DNA from: Perna viridis | Taxonomy: Eukaryota | Length of the DNA: 64,000 nt | Assembly: GCA_037379345.1 (NCBI GenBank) | Contig: CM074521.1 | Coordinates: 18,004,704-18,068,703 of the forward strand | Direction: 5' to 3' | Shown: positions 14,766 through 27,000 of the stretch, piece after piece | How the letters are laid out: every line of letters starts with the position of its first letter | Numbering within the stretch: position 1 is the stretch's first letter | Position numbers and translations under genes: made by a program | The notes under the pieces: generated by a model | Seen by the model: only the letters and a program-made list of their open reading frames with translations | What the model was told of the DNA's origin: nothing | The model's database searches: none

Positions 14766-16909
14766 ATGTCTGTACTAAAATCTGTACAGAAAGGGTGGTT
14801 TATGTATGCTGGAGTAGCAGGCATTTGTGGATATTCTGTCTATACCATAGTTGGCCCTATGTTTCACCTTGGACGTAAGAAATTAGAACTCTGTGACCAA
14901 AATGGAACACCCATCCCATTGTCTTATGGCTTATCACGATTGAACATGGAGGTTTGTAATTTGCATAGAAAGTATCTTCAAGAGAGAATTACATTAACTT
15001 AGTGACCTTCCATTTTACATAAATCAGATTGTTTACATAATATTGGTCATGTTTTCACTAGATAGACCTGCTTCTGAATATTTCATTCCAGGCAGTTTGC
15101 TTTGAGTTTTTGCTTATTTAATTGATGACACCATTTCAACATATGAATCCAGAAATTAAAACAAATAAAAGGTGAAGTTCCTGGCTATTATCTGCTCATC
15201 TTTGCTTCAATTTTGCACAAAAATTAACAAAATTTCCTGACAAAGAACAAGTTATTCAAACCATCCCTGGATCTGCCACTGATTCCAAAAGTACTCTTTA
15301 TCATTTTTATGTGAAAGTACAATGTATATGTAAGAATCAGGCAGAATAGGAAACATCAAAAACATGCATGTTAAAAACCCACATATCTGACGATATACTT
15401 TCACTTAATAAGGATGATTTTTTTACATGAAAAGGCCATTATTTGATCTTTGCATCACTGGATTTGTTCAGAAATTTTTCAGTAGAATTTTAGAAAATTG
15501 AGATTTTTTGAGTTATCAGTCCTTGAAATGTTCATCAGTTTAATTAATTCAATTTTCTAAAGTGGTATGGAAAATCTTCTCCTATTTCCTTGATTCTGAT
15601 GGTGCAAAAAGTCAATTTACACTTACAAAATGGTGGTCTTTTCATACCATGTTTCACCCACTGTCTGCTTCTTACAGAGACTGATACTTATAAAGCATGA
15701 AGGGTAAGGAAAGATATTGGCTTGTTAGTACTGATGACAAAAAAAATATTTTTTCTCTTACATGTGATAGCAGATTTACTTTATAGGATATTAAGTAGTG
15801 CTCTAAAAAAGAATCATGCAAAATGTGATTTTGAAATGTTATAGTTACCAAAAATTAACATGGCTTTAAGCTTTAAGGTCTATATGATGAAATGTAGTAT
15901 CATTCATTCCAGTTCCACTGGTTTTTCATATCACCTGTGTACTTAGGAGATAAAAAATATATAGAATGTACTGTAGAATTCAAAACTAACACATGTTTTG
16001 TTTTGTTTTTTTATTCATTAGTGCACTGTAATGTCCCTTTTCATGACTAGTTTCCTGCCCTTTTTGAAATCCTAGCTGGAACACTAACTTATAGAAGCCA
16101 TGCCTAGTTTTATCATGGTAGCCATTGAACATAGATTACGTGTACATGTATATGCTTCTTACTTGTAGGTTATACAGAGAATAGACATGGACTCTAAAGT
16201 GTTAGCTAATTACAATACATTCATTTGTAAAGGTAATATGCCCACACACATAGGATCATTGCATTCAAGAGGAGGCTGTGTTGTAGGAATTCCACAGACA
16301 TTTAATTGCCAGTCTCCTAAAGAAGCTGATTGTATTGATGAAATATGTAAACATTACAATACATCATCAGACAAAATTTCAGAAATTCTACCTAAGCTGT
16401 CAGAGGCATTGACTTTTAGTGAAAATGCAAAAAAGTTTGCCATTTCAAGAGAACTGTATTCAGCTAACACTTATAAAGGTGTAGCTCATTGTGTGTATTT
16501 TGTTGGAACAATACAACTTGGGTATACTGTGTTTTATTACTTGGAAAAATTTGTGAAACCCAACTTTATAATGAGGTTGTCATATTTTTTTGTTATAGGA
16601 TATGCTTTAATAAGACTTTATTATGAAGTTACTAGAGTTTATAACTATCGCCATGAGAGTAGAATTGATGAAAAATCTGCTAAAATTGGTCCAGACTTTG
16701 CTTCAGGTGGTATTGAATTTTATGAAAAATGTGATCAAATTGAGAAACTTTTTTTACCTTATCAAGTAGAAACAAGTCAAAGGGGCAGTTTTATTTCTAG
16801 TTTTTTTGGACAAAGTAATACTCATATGTCTCCAGAATCAAGAAAAGCCAAACTTGAAGAGTTTGTGAAAGCTTCTAATGAAGAGTCTTCTGAGAAAAAT
16901 GATAATTAA
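14766..16909 (+). CDS. TMEM177: Transmembrane protein 177 (mitochondrial inner membrane, COX2 biogenesis), about 308 aa in two coding exons
   Basis: Exons 14766-14951 and 16169-16909, phase 0, GT-AG. Motifs GCVVGIP, LTFSENAKKFAISREL and GGIEFYEK match what I recall of TMEM177 (GAVVGIP, LTLSREAQKFALAREV, GGVEFYEK). An acceptor at 14752-14753 implies an upstream non-coding exon. Confidence 0.85.
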
Positions 16910-17884
16910 TTTATACATACCAGTATTTTTTTTCTTTAGTTTCATTATCTGTATGAATACAGAAAAAAAAGTTGTGAGCGTTAATATGAATAATCTAATA
17001 CAGTATTATTTGCTTGCCTAATGAGAAAATAAAATGATTTTACTGAGAATTGTAATTTTATCTTTTCCTTATTACACGTCATTGTTTAAACTTTCTGGTT
17101 GGCAAAGAATCTGTGTTAAGCAATAAACCCTTTAATAGTCTTGAAACTCTAGAACATTCTATATTTGATTATAAATAAATCACCGCTTAAATTTTTAAAG
17201 CTGTTTGACAAATGCTGAATTTCTGTGACACATACCTGTTAACATATGAAACAGTTCATGTGGTCTCTACTGCAGATGGATAGTGATTGAATAAATTAAT
17301 TATAAAAGTACACATATATTAGAGAAATTTGTAGCATGTGTAGATATGTGTTGTATGAACATATTCCTTCTAATCTAAAATACATTTAATAAACAAATCA
17401 TTCTATAAGAGCACCCAAAATGCATTGATAGTAAATTTACAAATGTATTGATGATATACGGTCACTAACAGTGTGTAACACTTTGGCTCCACCTACTTTC
17501 CTATTTCCACACATGAACTATCTGTTTATTGTAGCATGACTATCAGGGGGCCATAATGAAATGTAATAAACACATTGTAAAATAACCAAACTTGATTTTT
17601 AAAGTGATTAGATTGCAGAATAAAGACAATGACAGTATATTGACTATAAATAATAAAAAGCTTTGCTGAACACAGCATGATAGGACTACAACCAGTTAAC
17701 TTGTTCACTTGAAGCAAGTGTGGACACAATATTATTTTTTGACACAATAAAGATAGGGACTTACAGTCCATAATATGGACACAACAACTCATTTGGACAC
17801 AATATTGCACAATATTTAAAAAATCAATTTCAAAATCAGACCAGAAATAAACAAGCTATAGTCAAGAAATCAGAAAAAAAACTT

Positions 17885-18340
17885 GTTTCTGGCCCCTTTG
17901 TGGCCTCTAATTCTTACTTGGTTCACGTGTCAACCCCAAAAATCAATCCCAGTCTCCCTTTAGTGTACAGCACCTTGTAATACAATTTCAAAAAGATTCA
18001 TTCAGTAATAGTCAAGTTATTGTGTTGACATCAGGAAAATGCACCCGATTTCTGAAAAGTTCAAGTCTTTACCCCAAAAAATCAATCCAAGTCTATGACC
18101 ATTGTGGAATTATAGACTATTGAGGAACAATATTGTAGACTTTCGTATGCTTTTATTGGAGTTACATAGTTAAATTCCATGAAATGCTTGTTAAGGCCAT
18201 CTTTGACCCCCAATTCTAAACCAGTTGGGGCCATAACCCCCCAAAATTCAATATCAACCGTTCTTTTGTGGTTTAGAACCTTGTTATAAAATCTAATGAA
18301 GATCAACCAACTAATACTCAAGTTACCGCAAGAAAACCAG
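17885..18340 (+). repeat. Dispersed satellite-like repeat (CCCCAAAAATCAAT...AAGTTATTG units); related units at 53443-53730
   Basis: Degenerate units of roughly 165 bp, TGGCCCCTTT..GGC...AACCCCAAAAATCAATC...CCTTTAGTG...CAAGTTATTGT, recur at both loci. Confidence 0.55.
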
Positions 18341-18595
18341 GTGTCTATGGACGATCACAGCACCATACCAGTTAACAACAGCAACTTTTTTGCAATCATA
18401 CAAGGCAATAAACAAAATTGGCACAAACTGGAAAAAATGCTTGGCAAAGGCTCAATTTTTACCCCAATTTTAAGCCTTATATATAAATCGGTTTCACACC
18501 AAGTCAATACACTGTTATTAGGTATATAAACATGTACATTTGTATGTGGTACATCTATATAGCAACTAGATTTTAATACTGTGACAAGTAATTAA

Positions 18596-19453
18596 GTAGC
18601 ACACCAAATAAGAATCATGCAAAATGTGATTCATGGCTGGGAAGCCTTCATATTTTTATTTTTGATATTTTGTTTAAATTGTCATGATAAAAAGAAAGTA
18701 ACATAGTGTTTTTCATATAACTCTTGTTCTTAGAAGATGAAAAATATATAGAATGTACCATAGAATTCAAAATTAAGGGAGATAACTCCGTAAATGACAC
18801 TAAGGTCTCACTAACCACTTCTAACGTTTCCATTACTTTACATGTTAAAAAAGTAATTTTCAAAGTCTCACTGTGAATTCCCAGGACAAATGACATCTTA
18901 AAGCTGCATACCGTTGCGAAGCTTGGAAAATAAGGCTTCCAAAATCATTATGCTAATGGTACGATGATAGTAGAAATTCTTCACAAAATTTACTTGAATA
19001 AATAATACTGAAAATCCACATTTTTACCTGTTCTGCTAACTGACAGCATGGAGGCATATTACTCACACATGTAAACAATATTCATACACTTTTGTAGTTA
19101 ATTACATATATGATTTTAAAGTACACATTCTCAGCTTTATTTTGACTACTTTTAATCATAATACACACAAATAATGCACTTACAATGCATATGTCTAGGT
19201 TCAGTGTGTTTTTGGTACTACATAGGGGATGGCCATTTGACCCGGAAGTGGTTAGTGAGACCTAAAATACAAAAGAAACTGTTGGATTTTCCATGTTGAT
19301 TATCTCCTAAAAGGAGAGTGATTGGAATGAATATAATAAAACATTTCATCATATAGACCTATAAAGCGACTTAAAAACAAATAAAAATATATAGCCTTTT
19401 TTTAAGTGTATCACATTTTACAGAATTTGCATGATTCTTAAAAAGACTGCTAC
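18596..19453. mobile_element. TTAA-flanked TIR element (Kolobok-like MITE) carrying a nested insertion
   Basis: Ends TTAA-GTAGCA...AAGAATCATGCAAAATGTGA and TTTGCATGATTCTT...TGCTAC-T-TTAA. Uninterrupted copy at 51126-51522 and partial copy at about 15791-15990. Confidence 0.75.
18804..19262. mobile_element. PIF/Harbinger-like MITE nested in the Kolobok-like element
   Basis: TIRs GGTCTCACTAACCACTTC / GAAGTGGTTAGTGAGACC with TAA duplicated on both sides. A related degenerate copy lies at about 23629-23966. Confidence 0.8.
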
Positions 19454-21003
19454 TTTAATTCAAAGTGATCTTCATGAAATGATGTTTAATCTTCAGGAAT
19501 TTATTTGTCTATGTAGTGTTTCATTTTTATGTGCACATCTAGAATGGTTTGTATTAATGAAATAAAAGTTTTGATAAAGTTTAACAGTGCATTTTTTTTT
19601 AATGGAAAAACAAGAGAATTTTTTTTCTGTTTTATCCTACTGTTGTTGTATTGCTAAAAATCAAACATTTGCTACTAACTGAAAATACTTTAACTACCCA
19701 AACTTACGTTTTGTGAAAAATACTTCATCAAACCTTATGTTCCAAATAATAAGGCAATAATAATATATATAATATATTTTAATTGCTCAATAAATATATC
19801 ATCGACAAGAAAAATAATAAATATTGACGAAACAAAAATATCACAGTCAATGAATTGAATTTCCTTTTAAGTGACAGTTTCTCTTTAGCCACATTAAAAT
19901 ACATGTATTTATTATAATAACAAGTAATGATGATTGTAGTTAGAAATCAAGATTTAATAAACGACTGTACTGAAGCAAGATATATAAAATATCAGGGTAT
20001 TTTAAAATAAAATACAGTCTATGTGTGTATGAAGCATAAGAACAGGGTATATGGGAAGCCTCACTGAGCATTTTCTACACTCTTCATACAAATGTAGACT
20101 TTTTTTTACAATACCCTAATATTATTTTTATCCTGCAATGAAAACACTTTAAAAATGTTTTGATATAGGTAGAGTTTGTTTAGTTATGATGAAACCCTAA
20201 TGTGCCCAGCCGAATTGATTTCATAGTTACACTTAATGCATGGGGGAACCCTTGCTTCATAGTAAGTTTAGGTAATTATGGGGGTTGCGCATGAAATGTG
20301 GGAAAAAATGTGCATGTACAAAATACAGCACAGCTGTATTCATCTCCATGTATTTGTATATAAGGACCATGATTGCAGGATAAATGACAGTCCCCTTTTT
20401 TAAGTGTAACTCTGAAATAAAAATTAAAAACCAGATGGAAGTTTCTTTCTATGATATGAAGAAAAATTTTAATACCAAAAAAAGGAAAATTAATCAAAGT
20501 ATTTTCAGGTTAATGTACAAAGTGTGGAAAGATGGACGGACTACTATATATCATAATATTTCTGTCAAAAGACAGAAAAATTCAAAAAGTAAGTCATGAA
20601 GGTAATGAAAAATTGATGACACTGAGTCATTTAGAATAAGTGGAGTTCCAGTAACTAGACTGCTCTTCTCAAAAATTGGATCAATATAATAAAATTTAAA
20701 AAAAAAGACTGTAAGGAAACAAACAAATAAAAAAAAAAACAAAAACAAATATCTATTTAGAAAAATGAGAAAACTCAACAAAGATGATGAATTTGTAAAG
20801 GAAAAGAATCTATGGATTCTTAGTATGTGAAAAACGGGCTTCCAATAATTTTATATACATATTACATTTCACTTATTTTTAGTTTTCTCCTTATAGCATT
20901 TTTTAAAGACAACATTTCATTTTCATTACAACTAAAATACGATATTGAGACAATGTACTCATGGGGCAAAGTTCATTCTGGTAGTATTTTTGACTAAAAC
21001 AAC

Positions 21004-24000
21004 TCATGCCATTACGTCCCAGAGTCCCTGTAATGTAAATCCATCTCGAAGTTTCTCTACAGCTAGACCAAGTTCTTCTGAATATACTGGATCCCTGTCT
21101 TTGTCCTTGTTACCATCAGCAAAGTACGCCTGCAATCACGAAACTAATGTCAGTAGATGGTAGTAAGATTGTGCAAGTGAAATGTCACGAACGAAGATGC
21201 ACCTAGTGTCATGCTGAGTACATGTATACCCCAACTTCTTAGAATACTTTCCCAAAGGAATCTGATATCAGAAAACAACCAAAATTACTTAAAATGTATG
21301 CCCCGTCTACATAAAGCCACAAACCAAATTTGAATCAAATCATTGCTGCAAAACGTATTTGTAGCATAAAGGCTAATAAACACAACACAATGAAATTTTC
21401 AGATCTGTGAGTTTACAATAATTTTTTTTACAGTGTCTGTATCTTACAGCAAATGCATCAGAGGATCCACCTGTATCTATCTCTACATCATCTTGTACAT
21501 TCTCTACTGTCAGATCTTCTCCTTGTAACTGGAATATTATGATATACCATCCTTCATACATAAATCTAAACTTAACTGTGTATTGGAGAGTCAGCATTAC
21601 CATTCATTATTTTGGTCTATACCCAACTTACTCCACCCCATACACAATAATTACTTGATTTATGAACAATCCAGAGACATTATTCAATATATCACTATAC
21701 TCTGAATTGTCATCCTCTATCAACGTTATATCACCCTATGGACCAAACTTATTTCTCCACAAATTTATCATTGGTATGAAAGTGTAAAGAAATAAGTAAA
21801 ACAAAATATGATATGGATGTTTTGGTGATATGACTGTTACAAGGTTATTAAAATCTAATTACCCAACTCATCCTTGATCTAATGCAATGAGTATATACAA
21901 ATGTTTATATAATTTCTAATTTATTTTAAATTTTAAATTTATCTTAAAGACTAGTTAATGTCATGAATTATGATAAAATACTAACTATAAGGAAAGAATT
22001 TGATAATATGAATATAATTATATTACCAGTTTAATGCAGACACAAAATTTGCAATAAAAAATTATTACCCTCTCTTCTGTCTCAAACTCTATACCAAATA
22101 TAGGACATGAACTGTAGACTCTGTGTAAACTTTGGATCTCTTTCACTGTACCTTGGAGCTTCTCAGCTGGGTCAATTCTAAACCCTAACACATATCCTCC
22201 ACTCTGTAATATCAAAATATAGTTTTACAACAGGGTTGATATTAGATTTCTTGCAACACATATATCCTCCACTCTGTAATATCGAAGTATAGTTTATAAT
22301 AGGGTTAATTCCTATCTCTAGCAACAGGTATCCTCCACTATGTAATAATTATCAAAATACAGTTTACAATGGGATCAATTCTAAACCCGAACACATCCTC
22401 CTCTCTGTAATATTTATCACAATACAGTTTACTATCGGGTTAATTTAGGTTTCTAGCAACACATATTCTCCACTCTGTAATATCAAAATCATATTCTCCA
22501 CTCTGTAATATCAAAATATAGTTTACATAAGGTTGATTCAGGTCTCAAGAATATACACCCCTCTTAGCAATATCTTAATACTGATATACATGTATATGTA
22601 AATTATCATACATCACATTACAATCCATATCAACCCCCAAGATTAGCATCAAAGCACCTTAGTATTAGATCAGTGTCAATTCTCTGTCAAATACTGAAAG
22701 AGTAATCAAGGGAACCAAGATTCTAGCTGAGATCAAAAGAATGTAATCCAGGGACAAAAACAGACATGGAAAACACATATATACAACAAAGAACATAAAA
22801 TAACCAAAATATTATATACAAAGTAACAAAAGTAACTGAGTAACTCAGACTCCACTAAAAACTGGAAGCATGCACCATGTGGACCGATAGGAAAAGTGTT
22901 AAATTTGCTATCATCGTTTATTCAAAATTTATCTGAAAATAAGGTTCTATTATGTCTGGTCCATGATATTTTTATTTGTTTTTCTCCCTTTTTTCTTATA
23001 AATTTCAAATTTTGTAATGGTACATTGATCTCTATGGTTCTACCTTCTAGGCTAACATTAACACATGTTTATGCACAGCTACCGTACATTATTTGTATGT
23101 ATACCAATATTTTGTAAATTGTATTATGTACTTATGTGTCTAAACCAATCATTATATATATATATTATACATGATCAAATAATATAAAGAATAAATTTCC
23201 CTTGATTAATCACACAGCAAAAAATGCATATGTCCTTTACTTGGGTATAGCATTGGAATAACTATTTCAATGCTATACCCAACTAAAAGACATATGCATT
23301 TTTTGCTGTGTAAATGGACTCACCTGTTGAGAACTTTCTACAACTAATGCCAATCCAAACTTTGAATCCCTGATCTTGACAGTTTTCTGGAAAAAAAACC
23401 AAGTGCATATTTAAATTAAACCTATTCTTGTTGCTTAAGTAGCCTAGAGTAATACATCAGTCAATTTAACAAAAAAGGGTCAAACTGATCATAATTTATG
23501 CATCCAAATGCATTTTTTGATTGTGACCTCTTTACTAAGAATCAACTTTAAAACATAGGATAACTGCACTATTAGTAGTATTTTACCTAATTAAACAAGA
23601 AAATATTTAACAAGATTAAAAAAAAAGAACCTCTCCGTCCCCCACATTGCCAGGGAAAATGATATCTTCAAGGTGCAAAATGCAAAACTTGGATAATAAG
23701 GATTTCATAATCATTACATTAATGGTATGATTAGAGGCATTTTTCACAAAATTGACTTGAAAAAATGATACAGAAAATCTTTATTTTTTACTGTTTCTTA
23801 GTAATTCACAGCAGTGGCAAATTGCTCCAAAATGTTCATACAGGTTTGTAGTATATGAAAAATATGGTAACGCATTATCAGCTTTTTTACTACTATTGAT
23901 CAAAATTCTGACTACACAAAGGGTGGGCATTCAACCCAAAAGTAATAAGTGAGAGTGACGGAGACCTAAAGCCTATATTTGGATTATCTTCCCTTGCAGG

Positions 24001-27000
24001 GACAATGATTATCTTTTTGAATGCACATCTAATTCTACAGATTTAGCCTAGAATTACTAAAAAAATCATTAATATTAATTGTCAGAGCAGTTTAAATATA
24101 GATATGTTTTTGAGATATCATTAAACATGTGGATCTATAAGTTTCATTATCTCCCCTTGCATGGATACAACACTAGTGACTAGTTATGTACTCTTAATGC
24201 ACATCTAGCTTCCATAGAATTTCATAAGAATCCATTGTGTGGATTAGGGGCTGTTGTGCTTACAAAGATGTGTGGACAGAAAAAGAGACAAATGGATGGT
24301 TTGAAAATAATATAGACAAGACCATTCCTATATACCCCCAAACTTTGTTGAAAGGGATTGTACAAGATAATAAAGTAATCTATCTTTCTGTTCCATCTTC
24401 AATACAATAAAACAAGCAAAATTTATGGCTGAAATATTGTATAAACATTTATCATATGACAGTATGTTTACTTACCATCTGTAGATAAGGTATACTGACA
24501 TTAAACGATTCATTGATGTTGGCATGCCATACTAATCTCACATTAGTTATAAAGAATGTTCCTAAGTTTCCCTGTAACATGCAAAATATAAATATATATG
24601 TCTAAAGAAAGGTTATCTGATACAATAATACAAAAAACTTGCAAAATGAAAACCAAAAAAAATCACTTAGTTAATCGAATAATTTCAGTACATGTAATGA
24701 CAAATCAATACCTCAATCTAACAAAACTCAGATTGGGCAACAAGTAGTGTTGATGATACCTACAAAATTTGAAAATTAACATGCCAGTCCTTTCCTTCAA
24801 AATTCTCAATGACTAGCCCAAATAATAGAGAACTGAATAGAATTCAACTAGCCTGAAACAAGAGATGTACACATCATTTCACTAGCCCGAATCAATTTTT
24901 ACTTGTCCCAGGCTTTGGGCTAGTGGGTAAAGGCCAGCACTTACATGCTAAATTTTGCGGTAAAATCTGAAAAGGCAGCGTAATGAAATATTTTGCAGTG
25001 TTTGGTCTTGACTGCAAGAAACATCAATGATTTTGAATTTGGATCTTTCTGGAGCATTTTTACAAATAGGGTTTTGAGTCAAACTTGACAAAAAAAATTG
25101 TTTTAGCAGGACAGTGGTCAAAATTCTTATTTTGAACCCTGATATGGTAGACATGAATCAGTAAATACCTGATCACTTGAAAGATTCCATACTCCATTAA
25201 CTTTATCATATACTTGTTCCTGTGGTAGAAGACGTAATTGTTTGTTGTGAATCAGTGCTCCTCTTAACTTTAGATCTCTGTATAACTTTGATGTTTCATA
25301 TGCTCTGTCAATCACAACATTTACAGAAAATACAATTACAAATTACATGTACAAACTGTTCCATTGAAACACAAGAAACAGACAGAGAGGTAATTTTTCA
25401 ATTTATAGAGGGTAGTTCAGTTGTGGAAACTCTCAATAAATTGAATTAAATATATAGACTCAACTTGAAATTGAGGTACTTTGTTTTCAAATTATAGAGG
25501 GTGTCCAGTTGTCATAACTCTCAATAAATTGAATTAAATATATAGACTCAGCTTTAAATTGCTTGGAGTCCCAAGACAAAAATATGCCTTCCACCAGTAC
25601 CTTACACATGTATGTTTTAATGGAAGTCATAACTTAAACAATAAAATAGGGCATCTAATGGAGCATTAAATGATACTGCCATGTTTTGTTGAATTTAACA
25701 TCCATGGATACAGGCTAAATTACAAATCATCACATAAGAACAAATTTCAATTCGAACTTCAATGTTTATCAAGACTTCATTATTTCCAAAAAAACTATCT
25801 TTCACCTTTTCATTCCAATTACTTGAAAAAAAAATTAACTATTCCTATTCCAAAAAAAGAGAACTTTAACTAATGAAGAAAAAATAAGTGGAGATACAAA
25901 AAAAGAATTGAAACATAATACCCAAATAGAACCAACTTTCATAATTCTTTAACATTCAAAGAAAGATAACTCCAATTAATCAAACAAATTTCGAAGGAAT
26001 AGCCATAACTTTAGTGTAAATGAAATACAAATTTCATATTGATCTGTATTTTATGATACTATATAACTATACAAACTTTGCAAAAGAATAATCAACATCT
26101 TCTGAAATTATTATCTAGAAACCCTTCATGTGGCAGGATATAAAAACTAAAGTGCTATTGCATCATTTTTTTTTAAATTTAAGTCTTTTTGGATGTCCAG
26201 ATTTTAGGATAATGAATTACTTTGACATGTGTATGTCAACCATTTAAGAACCACTACCATTTGTTCATTCTCTATTTATAAAATGATTTTTCTAAGCAAT
26301 ATGTACATTGTGTATACAAGCAAAGAAATGGCCATTTACATATATAGACTGCAATGTGTGATTTTGTTAACTAAAGTCATCAAAGACCTATTGGATTTTT
26401 CTAAAAGCCATGATGATGAACTAAAATAAAAATTAAATTTTATTAAAATCAAATGACCATCATCTCTGAATTCTGTGTCAACTACACTATGGGTCAGAGG
26501 TTTGGAAAGACAAGTCTAAATTCTGGTGTGAGACCACAATTAATTCCCTTGTGTTTTCATAGTATATGAATATAGAAGGTACCTTCTTCATTTTTTCATG
26601 TTTTTACTGGAAACTTATTTGCTGAAGTTTTTTTCATCTGCTCAAATGTGTATATTGAAATGCACTTGAAAATTAATTGTTGTCTCATGCTTTCTAAATC
26701 AAAAGTACAGTAACTCTCCATGCTTTGTTTTGCTTTTTTTTCAAGGAGTCTTCATGGTAAGTAGGCCAGTAAATCATTCACACTTTACCAAAATGCATAT
26801 ATGAACCTCAATAGAATAATCAATATAAAGTATGTTTATAACCTGTGGACTGCAATCACTGTGGTGAACAATCGTGGTGAACCAGGGATCTAAAGGTAAA
26901 AAATCATTTGATTTTTTTTTAACATATCATGCATTTACCAACAATAAGATACAGTTTTGAATATCAAGATTTTTTCCATAAAACTCAAGTTCATATTGTA

